Assembly: GCA_963710755.1 (NCBI GenBank)
Contig: CAVQBK010000006.1
Location: 1-64,000, forward strand
Length of the DNA: 64,000 bases
Direction of reading: 5' to 3'
From: an uncultured bacterium
Lineage (GTDB): Bacteria > Oederibacteriota > JAAXVQ01 > JAUVAV01
A model generated the notes under the pieces. That model saw only the letters and a list, made by a program, of their open reading frames with translations, made no database searches and had not been told where the DNA came from. Below are positions 1 to 9,401 of the stretch, in pieces. The position numbers and the translations under genes were made by a program. Within the stretch, counting starts at the first letter, position 1, and every line of letters begins with the position of its first letter.

Positions 1-98
1 TACAACGATTCAAAGACTAGTACATTAATTGATGGCTCCCAAATTCGCGGATAAGTTTTATTGTAAATATTCTCGGAAGGTAATCCTCCAAATAAACA

Positions 99-125
99 CA
101 GCTCTCCCGCAAAAAGCGGGGGCTG
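99..125. terminator. GC-rich hairpin just past the SDR gene stop; probable terminator
   Basis: CCCGC-AAAAA-GCGGG stem-loop with an extendable CAGC/GCTG outer stem, about 40 nt past the stop at 164. Confidence 0.45.
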
Positions 126-163
126 GGTGACTATTTTTTATTTTATTATTCTAACCGAGGCAC

Positions 164-1369
164 TTAATTCAATACAGCATGGCTGCTTTTATCGGATTCC
201 CTATCTTGGTTATCCATGGAATCGATTTGATTGATAAAATAGTCACATACGGTTTTGATGACTTTGAAATCAAATGAGGGGCACTCTCTTAGATGGTGTG
301 CCTCTACAACGGAAGAGGTTAAGTCACGATCAAAATCATTAAAAGAGTTGAGATAAGGGATATAATTCCTTATCCCTTTTAAGAAGAGGCGCTCCATCTT
401 TGTCTCATTTGGTATTTCATCTTTGGATTGCATTTTAATATGGCGGATTCTAAACTGCTGAGTTGTCCAGTTAATGACATCTGTTGTTGATACATTAGCT
501 TTATTGGTCAAATTATAAGTCGCATTCTGAAGTTCCGGTGTGGCCGAACACTTGAGCATAAAATCCGCAATAAATTCAGTATCCACAAAATTGAGCAGCC
601 CATTGTCGCATTCAGGAATATTAATCGGTATGTGAATAATGGGAAAGTTTAAAAGCAACTTATTTTTTTTGGCTTCCTCCGGCGCTTTTTTCGCCATTCT
701 CATAGCCAAAGTCTTGATAATCGAAAAGGCTCTTAAAAATCCATAATAGCCGATTTGTTCCGTAATCAGCCGTTTAATTCTAAAATCGACGATAATACTT
801 GGTCTGTAGATGGTTATTTTTAAATTATGCTCTTTTCTTCCCCTGGTCATAATGCTTTCGGCATGGAATTTTGATTCTTCATAGCCATTTTTAAAATTCT
901 GACTGGCATCCAATTCGGATGGCTTAAACATTCTCCATTCACAACCACTGACATAAGCGGTGCTAACGTAATGAATGGTGCTGCATTTGATGGCCTCGGC
1001 AAAATCAATAATATTTTTGGCCCCTTCAATATTGACTTTTCTCGTCATGGAATCTTTGGCTTGATCAAAGGATACCATACCACTACAATGCCAGATTTCA
1101 TCCACTTTCCCTTTTAACGATTCCAGTTGCTCCTGGTTAAGTCCTAGGTTGAGGTGCGTCACATCTCCAAAAAAAGCGTCAACTTCGGTAAAATGGTGAG
1201 CGGCATTGATTTTGGTCATCGCCTCCATTGCTCTTTGGTGCGCGCTTAAATGACCTTTTTTCCTGACAATAAAAATCATCTTATGCCCATTGACAAGGTT
1301 ACGGTGAGCCAGATAGGACCCTAGAAATCCGGTCCCCCCTGTTAGTAAAATAACTTTAGGTTTTGCCAT
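164..1369 (-). CDS. Extended SDR / NAD-binding oxidoreductase (fatty acyl-CoA reductase or thioester-reductase-like)
   Basis: N-terminal TGGTGFLG Rossmann motif, HYVSTAYV, catalytic YEESK (YxxxK) and RPSII motifs. Confidence 0.8.
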   Translation of the reverse strand: MAKPKVILLTGGTGFLGSYLAHRNLVNGHKMIFIVRKKGHLSAHQRAMEAMTKINAAHHFTEVDAFFGDVTHLNLGLNQEQLESLKGKVDEIWHCSGMVSFDQAKDSMTRKVNIEGAKNIIDFAEAIKCSTIHYVSTAYVSGCEWRMFKPSELDASQNFKNGYEESKFHAESIMTRGRKEHNLKITIYRPSIIVDFRIKRLITEQIGYYGFLRAFSIIKTLAMRMAKKAPEEAKKNKLLLNFPIIHIPINIPECDNGLLNFVDTEFIADFMLKCSATPELQNATYNLTNKANVSTTDVINWTTQQFRIRHIKMQSKDEIPNETKMERLFLKGIRNYIPYLNSFNDFDRDLTSSVVEAHHLRECPSFDFKVIKTVCDYFINQIDSMDNQDRESDKSSHAVLN

Positions 1370-1813
1370 TGTCCCCCCTCTATCTTTTAGCGTTTGCGCT
1401 TAAAATAATTAAGATATATATAAATGAAACGGACCTTACCCTCTGTCTGGACCACTTCATAATAAATCTTACATCTTCACACGTTCCTATTTTCCTAATC
1501 AAAAAACGGTTGCGAATATTATATCAAATATATAAATCATTTTTTCCGTCATATTTTTATGTTCTATTTAATTTTTTATCTCAGTTGATCGAGGAAACTC
1601 CTATATTTAATATAGTTTGATCGATTTTTTTCAAATTTCCTTCGATTTTTTTTTATTAAAACTATTTTACCAGCTGCTGGCCAACATGCTTAAATGACCA
1701 CGCCGCTTAGGGCTAGCAAGGCTGAAGATGGATCCGTAAAGGAGGAAAAACATGCGGAAATAGGGCTCAACTTCAGGCCTAGGGACGTTATGGCTTGGCC
1801 AAAGGCGGGAATT

Positions 1814-3298
1814 TTACATTTTTTTATCTTTTGTTCCCCCTTGCCCCATGGCCTTGTCCAGCAGGTGTTGGTCCTCCGGGGTATTGTTAACACCTGTTTT
1901 TTCCAGAATCGTGGGGATGATGAAAATCACCACATCATTGCGTACTCTGATTTCCTTGCGGCTGGAAAAGAAGAAGTCGATCAGCGGAATGTAGCCCAGG
2001 ACAGGCACGCGGTCCACTTGGGTTACGGTGGTTTCCTTTTTCAGCCCGCCCATGACAAAGACTTCCCCGCTTTTAATGGTGACCGTGCTGTTGGCCGATC
2101 GGCTGGAGACAATGGGACTATTGGTCGGCGACCAGCCGGTTAAATTGTTTAAATGAGCGTTCAGATCGAGGGTTACAAAATCCTGGGAGACAATGTGAGG
2201 AATGACCGATAAGGAGAAACCGGCATTGACCCAGGTGGTGGATTGCGAAGTATCCATATTTTGGGTGATACTGTCAGTACTATTGTTGTCATAAGACTTG
2301 CTGATATTGGTGCTTGGGATCTCATTCTCCATTCTTGCGCTTACCGATCCATATTCATGAGGATAATTCGAGGAATAATTGCCAGTATAATAGTGGCGAC
2401 CAAGGTTCTCATAATAAATACGATCGCCGTCGCTAATATAGGCACGCTTGTTGTTGGAGGCCACGATCCTGGGGCTGGAGAGCACCTGGCCCCGACCATT
2501 GCTGACCAACAGGCCAATTAGAGAATCCAAGCCCTGAATACTCATGCTGCCTTTATAACCATAGCCGATGTTGGTATATTGTGCTTTGCTGTCCAGGCTG
2601 TTTTTTTGAACATTGGGACTGTCCACATCGGCCGTAAAGGGCTGGCTTTGGCGGGTGCTCAGCGAGTTGATGGTGGCCTGGGCGGACTTGAGGATGGAGC
2701 GCCAATCAAAGCCCAATTTGGAATCACTACCGTTATTTAGCTCCACCACTTTCATCTCAATGCTGACTTGCTTGACCGGCACATCGAGCTTGGCGACAAA
2801 TGCTTTGGCATTGTCGATTTTGCTTTTGAGGTCGGTGATGATCAAGGCATTGAGATCGCCATCAACTCGGACAATGGCCGAAGAGGACAATTTATCGCGG
2901 ATGAGGTTGATCAGTTTATAAGCCTGGGTGTTTTTGATGGACAGGACCACTGTGTCCAGGCGGAGATAGTCTTTTAGCTTGGGGGAATCCAGTTTTTTCA
3001 CTATTTTGATGAGATCTTTGACCTTGTTGTCCATGTCGGTGATGATGAGCATGTTTAGGGCGTCATTAACTTGGACCGTGCCGTAGCGGGATAACCGAGC
3101 TTTGATGAAAGGTTCCACTTCCGAGGCTTGGATGTGCTTCAATTCTACTGTATCGGTCACGGTGTCCGTACCGGCCGGATCGGCCAATTCCAAGTTGAGC
3201 TGCATGGAGCCCTTTTGTACCGGGTCCACAGCAAAAAGTGTGGTGTTCAAAAAGGCAAATAAAATAGTTCCTAATAACATGATCTTAGTTAACTTCAT
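1814..3298 (-). CDS. Secretin (GspD/PilQ-family outer-membrane channel)
   Basis: Signal peptide (MKLTK...LFA); secretin-N repeats (LKHIQASEV...LNMLIITD, LNALIITD...LDVPVKQVSIE); C-domain motifs LSSPRI, GFSLSVIPHI, VTIKSGEVFVMGGL, VPVLGYIPLI and VIFIIPTI. Start placed at the ATG after a GGAGG RBS; the ORF track begins at 3310. Confidence 0.9.
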   Translation of the reverse strand: MKLTKIMLLGTILFAFLNTTLFAVDPVQKGSMQLNLELADPAGTDTVTDTVELKHIQASEVEPFIKARLSRYGTVQVNDALNMLIITDMDNKVKDLIKIVKKLDSPKLKDYLRLDTVVLSIKNTQAYKLINLIRDKLSSSAIVRVDGDLNALIITDLKSKIDNAKAFVAKLDVPVKQVSIEMKVVELNNGSDSKLGFDWRSILKSAQATINSLSTRQSQPFTADVDSPNVQKNSLDSKAQYTNIGYGYKGSMSIQGLDSLIGLLVSNGRGQVLSSPRIVASNNKRAYISDGDRIYYENLGRHYYTGNYSSNYPHEYGSVSARMENEIPSTNISKSYDNNSTDSITQNMDTSQSTTWVNAGFSLSVIPHIVSQDFVTLDLNAHLNNLTGWSPTNSPIVSSRSANSTVTIKSGEVFVMGGLKKETTVTQVDRVPVLGYIPLIDFFFSSRKEIRVRNDVVIFIIPTILEKTGVNNTPEDQHLLDKAMGQGGTKDKKM

Positions 3299-3384
3299 TA
3301 TTCCCTCCAAAAGCTTGGTTTTATAGATTTGACTAAAAACTCTAAAAATCCTTTCATGTTTTTTTAAATAAAATAGATTAATTC

Positions 3385-3609
3385 ATCCCCATCGCATGAT
3401 GAGCTTCGCTCATTAACCCTCAGCCAATATTGATAAAGTTTATTCTTTTCAATCTGCGCCATCTGCGCCATCTGCGGACAATTGCATTTGTCTTGAAGGC
3501 CTTGATAATGTATTTATCCCCATCGCGAGATGAGCTTCGCTCGTTAACCTTCAGCCAATATTGATAAAGTTTATTCTTTTCAATCTGCGCCATCTGCGTA
3601 ATCTGCGGA
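3385..3609. repeat. Two direct copies (~94 bp, period 131 bp) each ending in an ATCTGCG 9-mer triplet
   Basis: ATCCCCATCGC...GATGAGCTTCGCTC.TTAACC.TCAGCCAATATTGATAAAGTTTATTCTTTTCAATCTGCGCCATCTGCG..ATCTGCGGA occurs at 3385-3478 and 3516-3609. Confidence 0.9.
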
Positions 3610-3625
3610 TAGACGTCTTTATCCT

Positions 3626-5221
3626 TTATATCCAAATCTTCACCCCGGCCCGGAAGAGGAGGCCTTCGTAGTTGACCTGCAGGGGCCGGTTGTCAATCAC
3701 GATCTTTTCGCCCCGGTCATAGACATCGGTCATAAAAGCCTGGCGATAGCCCATGTCGAAAGCCATGGCCACATTCTCGGACCAGAAGAAATCCAGCCCC
3801 ATGGTGGCGCGATACCCCATAGTCTCGCCAATAAAATCCATTACGCCGTAACTTCTCCGTTCATGATCGATTACTGTTTCCTGATAATAACCCCCATCAA
3901 GGCTAATATATTCCAGCCCGCCGCCAAGCGTAAACAGCAACCGCTCCCCCAGGGGAACGGCCAATTTGACATGGGCTTCATAGATTCTGGTGGGCAGATC
4001 AAGGCGGGCATTGAATTCATGGAGCACCCCAGTATCAGGATTGATCAGACTCCCTGAGCCTTCCACATGAACATACAGCTCATTGTACTCGCCACCCACG
4101 ATCAGCCAGTCGGTCAGACCATAATCAGCGCCCACGCCCCAGCTATATCCCCTTTTTACCTCAGGCATTTTGGAACTATCAGCACCATATAAATTGGCCG
4201 CAATTTCCAATTCGTCATTGACGTACTGCACATAAATGCGGTTAAAATCTGTAAAAACAAATTGATTTTCCGCGCCAGTGCCATAAATACACTTCCTGCC
4301 GGCCACGGAATTCATTTTCCGGGGTTGAAGCGGTTTTTGGTAAGTGCTTTGAAAAGCGGCTGTTTGTTTTACCGGTGCCGTGGATTGGGGAGCGGCTGCC
4401 GTCTGTGCGGGTTGGCTGACGGCGGCGGTTGCCTTAGGTGTGGCTGCGGGTGCTGCGGCAGCATAGGCCTGGTCGTACACATTGGTCTTGTTTTTAAAGT
4501 CATATTTGGCGATGTTGTCCCTGATCCAGCTATCGAACCGGATCAAGGCATCCTCAGTGGCTTCCATGCATAAGGGCTGCAATTGGCTGGCATCAAAGAC
4601 CCCGCCCAAAGAGAAGCGGAGGCTGTTTTTCGATTCCCCGAAAATAACCACGCTGGTGATGTCTTCCTGTTGGCGGTTGCGCAGGACAATGGTCAGGTAG
4701 GTGGCCATTTTGGCGGTGCCGAAACCGAGAAACTCGCCCTGTTTTTTCAATTTAAATTCCGATTGTACCACCAGGCCCGCATCCGCGCCGGGGATGTCCT
4801 GCAGTAACTTGGTCATCATGGTGGCGTCATCGTAAAAAATGGTGGTATACCGGGGTGCATCATTGTATCTGAGGAAATCGACCACCCGCGATTGCACGGT
4901 GGCTTTCAACTGCTGATAGCGGGGTGAGTTAAGAATCTGCTCCTCAGGAATAAATTTAAAAGGAAACGCCGCCTGATAGCGGCTGAAAAGGCTGTCCTTG
5001 ATTTTTGCAGCCACTGGCTTTAGATCAAACTTATCGTTTTGCACCAACTTGCTCACTACGCTGGCCAAGCCGGTGAAATCGGTCATGTCAATGGACTTGC
5101 TGGCATAAACGGACAGAATTGCCGTATTTTTAACATGAGACAATTTTTCCACATCCACCGTGGCGCATGATGACAGCATCAACATCGCCACTAACCCAAC
5201 CACTAGCCTGCTTTTGTTCAT
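3626..5221 (-). CDS. Lipoprotein with Ala/Pro/Thr-rich linker and C-terminal outer-membrane beta-barrel
   Basis: Lipobox LSS-C; linker AAAAPAATPKATAAVSQPAQTAAAPQSTAP; C-terminal amphipathic beta strands ending FRAGVKIWI. Confidence 0.65.
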   Translation of the reverse strand: MNKSRLVVGLVAMLMLSSCATVDVEKLSHVKNTAILSVYASKSIDMTDFTGLASVVSKLVQNDKFDLKPVAAKIKDSLFSRYQAAFPFKFIPEEQILNSPRYQQLKATVQSRVVDFLRYNDAPRYTTIFYDDATMMTKLLQDIPGADAGLVVQSEFKLKKQGEFLGFGTAKMATYLTIVLRNRQQEDITSVVIFGESKNSLRFSLGGVFDASQLQPLCMEATEDALIRFDSWIRDNIAKYDFKNKTNVYDQAYAAAAPAATPKATAAVSQPAQTAAAPQSTAPVKQTAAFQSTYQKPLQPRKMNSVAGRKCIYGTGAENQFVFTDFNRIYVQYVNDELEIAANLYGADSSKMPEVKRGYSWGVGADYGLTDWLIVGGEYNELYVHVEGSGSLINPDTGVLHEFNARLDLPTRIYEAHVKLAVPLGERLLFTLGGGLEYISLDGGYYQETVIDHERRSYGVMDFIGETMGYRATMGLDFFWSENVAMAFDMGYRQAFMTDVYDRGEKIVIDNRPLQVNYEGLLFRAGVKIWI

Positions 5222-5576
5222 TCCCTCAGTCCCCTTTACAGCTAATAGCCCCTTTATCTTGGGCTTGTATTAGAATTAGACCGGCAAATGTAAAAAAACT
5301 TCCCTTTTTTTTGATATTTTTACCAATGTCAATTTCGGTTAAATGCATGATTTAATTTAATCTTGATTTTAAGGACATTATTTGACATTTGATCTGGATG
5401 GCTTACTGAAGGTGAGATTGATCAATCTTTATTAAAATAGTCTGAAGATTTCAATGGGCAATATCAATGAATTTAAAAATGGAATCCCGCAATCCTTTAA
5501 ATCGTCATTTTTATTATTTATACTCGTAAGCATAATACAGAAACAGCCTTATAAACACGACTTCACCAAAGAAAAC

Positions 5577-8500
5577 CTACACCGCCCCGGCCAATCGCTG
5601 TACCCGCCATAATAAAGGCCGGGGGAGCAGCGGCGCTTCCACTTGCGGATAAAGCCGATGGAACTGGTTATAAAGCCGCTGCTCTTCAAAGAGCAGTTTT
5701 GGCAGTTTCACAGGCCGCACTTGACCGTCCATCAGCAGCGAAACCTTGGTCCCCTTAACCAACATAAGTTGATGCAGCAATGCGGACTCCAGTTTATTGT
5801 CTGCTGTCCGGCCTCGAAGCTCACTAATCTCACGCAGCAGCATGGAACCCCAATAGATGTTGATTTGCTCCGGCGATTGGGCAGCCATCAAAGTTACTAA
5901 AACCTTGTCAAGACGCTGCCAAGCTTTTTCCTGGTGATGGTAATAAGGCCGCAATACGGGATCAGCCAGCAATTGCTGCGTCAACGTTACTACCAAAGAC
6001 GGTTGCTCGAGGCCTTCCACTGCATGACTACGATCTTCCTGTTCAAAAAGCATCTCCATGGCCAAGCCGGTCAGGGGTGATGGCGACTTGCCTGCTCTTG
6101 GCATCAGCACTTGCGGCAGATAGAAGGTCACCTGATTCCCTTCCTTCCGCCAGGCCCGGCCTTGGACCCATTGCCAAAGCTGGGACCATCTGTTGCCGGG
6201 CAAATCGCCGAGGGGTTTAATGCGGGGTGTAAAGACAGCGCCCGTATCCAGGAATTGCCTGAGCCCAACTGATCCTTGCCAGCGCAATAAATCAACTTTG
6301 GAAAATGGTGACTGCTCTGGCTCAGGGTTTATTCTCATCCCCATCAGGGCGGCCCAGAGAAGAAGCCTAACCATGGTCACAGGCCTATTCAACAGACCGG
6401 GAAGCGTTTGGCCTAATTTCACGTTCTTGAATGAGGGGCCCTTAAACAGCAAGGCTTTCACCAGCGTGCGTTGCCAGTGCCTGAGAGGAGCATAACTTAG
6501 TGATTCCCCCGCGGCCAATGGCTGATCGATTTGCTGTCCTTGGCCGAGCAGATTGACCATGAAATGATTGAATGAAAAGACTGCTATATAAACCCACCAA
6601 GGACTGAGGGGGTAAAAGATGCTGATAAGCACCATGGCGCCGGCAGTCAGGGCTGATAGGATAAGCAGGTGGCGCCGGGTGGTCTCGCGCCAGGCTTGTT
6701 TCAGCCCGCGCCAATGCCGCCAGTCGATATGCAGCACTTGCCATATCAGTTGCAGCCCCCACCACGGCAGCCCGGTGCCCCAGGCTAAAAACAGCAGCAC
6801 CGCGCCTTCGGTGATCACCGGCGCCGCTACCCGGCTCATAAGGCTGCCATAAACCGTCCTCATTGGGGCAGGCAACAGCTGCTCCCAAGAGGCATAAAAA
6901 GCGTTGAGCCAGGGCCATTGGCCACCATTTTCCGTTTTTTTGAAACCTCTTTTAATCAACACCCGGGCATTAAATTCAGGATCATTGGGAATATTCAGCT
7001 TTTCCGATTGTTTGGCCAGTATGTGCATGCCATCGTCCCAGGATTGCTCTCGGGAATTGAGAAAAGGATTTTCTTGTAAAAATCTCCTTTTGTCTTGCCC
7101 AGAAAATGATGGCTTCTTTTCCTTAACCGTGGCCGGCCTTCCTGTTTTCAGTATTTTCTGAACCTCACTAGGATCATTAACATTTCCGAATTTTTCTAAA
7201 AGTTCTTCACGACTAGGTATTTCAAGTGGTAATTTAATAAATAACTCCAGGAGGACTTGCTGATTTTCCAGATGAGGAGCAAGGTTTAAAAGCGTTGTCA
7301 TCGATTGCTGATCACGGGAAGTAAAGACGCACCTGACAATGACATCAGGTAAAAATGTAATGCTGGAGGTCGAGGTCCATTCCAGCTTGCGCACTTCTTC
7401 GAGAAAGGCCAGGTTTTTCAAATATGAATCTCGAATGTAGTACTCTCTCTCATCCAAAAGACGTTGACCAGGTTGGCTCTGAAGATGATTTAAAATGATA
7501 TTGAACGCCTTTTTTTTAGCTCTACTGCTACTCTGCTTAAAATCATCCCGCAGCTTCCGACTATCATCTATCCAGCCATAGGTCTCCAATTGTCCGACCA
7601 TGGTTTGATACGCTGCTGGAACATCGTCATAATCCGAGTTCAGATATGCCGAAACCATGAGATACCGTATTTGCCCAGGCAGTTCCCTGAGGTGGGCCAA
7701 TTCCGGATCATCCTTGCCTGCCCCTTGGCTCCAGAGTTTGTCCATGACAGGGCTTAATGCCTCACGGTTAAGGTTAGGAGCTGTCTGCTTAACGGCCTGC
7801 TTTTGTTCTTCTATCCCACCTGTGACTGCAGCCACCTGTTGACACCATTGCCCAAAGGAAGTGATGGGTTGAGCCGGCGTTCCGGCTTCAGGCTGTTGCT
7901 GTTCTGGTTCAACAATAGTTCCTTCCACTTCTTCTTGACTCAATATTTCCCTGACCTCATCCGGTTCTGTAGCCGATTTGAGTTGGTCCCAATATTTTTT
8001 AATTTTGGTCATACCATAGGGTAGCTGAATTAATTTCTCGAGAACTTTTTGGTTTTTCAACTCTGGCGAAAGATTTAAAAGTTCTTTCAAAAATGTCTCG
8101 TCATGAGTCGTAAACAGCATTTGGCCAACAACAGCTGCTGAGAATGAAATATCTAAGGTCCATTCCAGCTTACGCACCTCTTCGAGAAAAGCGAGGTTTT
8201 CTTTAAATCGCCCACCAATTTTATACGCTATCTTGCGAGGCAGATGTTTCTTGGATCGGCTCTGGATGTGTCTTAATATGATCTCCCAGCCCTGATCCGA
8301 AGAAGTCTCCGGGTTAAAATCATCGCGCAGCTTCCGGCTGTCATCTATCCAGCCGTAGCTCTCCAATTGTCCGACAAGGGATTGATACGCTTCGGGGATA
8401 GCCTCCTGATACTTTTCAGGGGCAACATTTGGCCCCAGCAAGTACACTGATATCATCAGGCACCGTATTTCCCCGGGCAGTCTCCGTAATTGATCCAATT

Positions 8501-9401
8501 CCGGATCACGCTCGCCTGCCCCTTGGCTCCAGAGTTTATCCATGACAGGACGTAATGCCTTACGGTTAAGTTTATTGGCGGTCTGCAAAAGAACCTGCTT
8601 TTGCCCTTCTATCCCATCTTTAGCTTCAGCAACTTGTTGGTGCCATTGACGCAAGGAAGTGATAGACTCGGCCGGCGTTTCCGCTTCAACGCCCTTTCCC
8701 GATTCGATCGGGCCTTCCTCAGCAGGGGCTTTTTCCTTCACCGGCTGTGTTTCAGCCGCTGGTGCTTCTGGCTTTTCAGCGGCAGCAAAAGCAGGCGGTG
8801 ACACTAGTGGCTGGATAATGCCTTCCATCCCAGCGTCTTTTAAAATTGTTTGCATAGTCTCAGGATCCCAGTTCCACTCAAACCGGAACCTGCTCCGATT
8901 CTTATCAACCCAAATTACTTTTAAATTATTTCGGGCATGTAATTTTGCAATAAAAGCAGGATCAACCAAGACCCGGGCCTCTTTCCTATCCATGACAACC
9001 GTCTTGTGCTGCTTTTCCATCACGATTTGGAGGACAGCAAGAAATAATTGTGGTTTAACCGCTGCATCTTTATATTCAGGCATGATGTAGGCAAAGGTAA
9101 TCATGCCGGCTTTATCAACAGCCACTGTGCCCACCAAATTTTGCTGACCATCATAAGCCATTATTTTGTAGGCATCGGTCCAAAATCCCGCCATTCCCGG
9201 CGTCCATTCTTTTTTTCGTTTATTAAACAAGTTGGTTTTCTTTAATTGCCGTATTCCTGGATCGTCATCTGCGATTTCATGTTCATAGATTTTAATTTCC
9301 TTGATAGGCGTTTTCGCCATGTCCGAAGGAACCGGTTCAGCCCCGGGTTTTTCCTCGGGCTTTTCTTGCGCTTGACGTTGAGCGCCTACCCGAGCCATCA
9401 A
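5577..9401 (-). CDS. C-terminal part of the giant protein (GNAT-like domain, ~266-aa repeat pair, TM bundle); probably continuous with 9455..16342 across a frameshift
   Basis: The frame is open upstream of the annotated TTG and encodes LELAKDNPPVEESLEELRALMAR, which completes a repeat begun in the upstream ORF. Confidence 0.75.
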   Translation of the reverse strand: MMARVGAQRQAQEKPEEKPGAEPVPSDMAKTPIKEIKIYEHEIADDDPGIRQLKKTNLFNKRKKEWTPGMAGFWTDAYKIMAYDGQQNLVGTVAVDKAGMITFAYIMPEYKDAAVKPQLFLAVLQIVMEKQHKTVVMDRKEARVLVDPAFIAKLHARNNLKVIWVDKNRSRFRFEWNWDPETMQTILKDAGMEGIIQPLVSPPAFAAAEKPEAPAAETQPVKEKAPAEEGPIESGKGVEAETPAESITSLRQWHQQVAEAKDGIEGQKQVLLQTANKLNRKALRPVMDKLWSQGAGERDPELDQLRRLPGEIRCLMISVYLLGPNVAPEKYQEAIPEAYQSLVGQLESYGWIDDSRKLRDDFNPETSSDQGWEIILRHIQSRSKKHLPRKIAYKIGGRFKENLAFLEEVRKLEWTLDISFSAAVVGQMLFTTHDETFLKELLNLSPELKNQKVLEKLIQLPYGMTKIKKYWDQLKSATEPDEVREILSQEEVEGTIVEPEQQQPEAGTPAQPITSFGQWCQQVAAVTGGIEEQKQAVKQTAPNLNREALSPVMDKLWSQGAGKDDPELAHLRELPGQIRYLMVSAYLNSDYDDVPAAYQTMVGQLETYGWIDDSRKLRDDFKQSSSRAKKKAFNIILNHLQSQPGQRLLDEREYYIRDSYLKNLAFLEEVRKLEWTSTSSITFLPDVIVRCVFTSRDQQSMTTLLNLAPHLENQQVLLELFIKLPLEIPSREELLEKFGNVNDPSEVQKILKTGRPATVKEKKPSFSGQDKRRFLQENPFLNSREQSWDDGMHILAKQSEKLNIPNDPEFNARVLIKRGFKKTENGGQWPWLNAFYASWEQLLPAPMRTVYGSLMSRVAAPVITEGAVLLFLAWGTGLPWWGLQLIWQVLHIDWRHWRGLKQAWRETTRRHLLILSALTAGAMVLISIFYPLSPWWVYIAVFSFNHFMVNLLGQGQQIDQPLAAGESLSYAPLRHWQRTLVKALLFKGPSFKNVKLGQTLPGLLNRPVTMVRLLLWAALMGMRINPEPEQSPFSKVDLLRWQGSVGLRQFLDTGAVFTPRIKPLGDLPGNRWSQLWQWVQGRAWRKEGNQVTFYLPQVLMPRAGKSPSPLTGLAMEMLFEQEDRSHAVEGLEQPSLVVTLTQQLLADPVLRPYYHHQEKAWQRLDKVLVTLMAAQSPEQINIYWGSMLLREISELRGRTADNKLESALLHQLMLVKGTKVSLLMDGQVRPVKLPKLLFEEQRLYNQFHRLYPQVEAPLLPRPLLWRVQRLAGAV
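7150..8690 (-). repeat. Internal domain duplication B in the giant protein (period ~798 nt)
   Basis: PVMDKLWSQGAG, YGWIDDSRKLRDDF and NLAFLEEVRKLEWT each occur twice, with DNA-level similarity. Confidence 0.9.

Noticed and set aside
1-54. Open frame YNDSKTSTLIDGSQIRG* at the window start, possibly the 3' end of a convergent gene
   Set aside because: Only 17 codons are visible, which cannot support a call.
3385-3609. Possible CRISPR array
   Set aside because: Only two ~94-bp units and no cas genes; reported as a direct repeat instead.
3420-3635. 71-aa ORF containing PQITQMAQI
   Set aside because: It is the translation of the DNA repeat, with no independent coding evidence.
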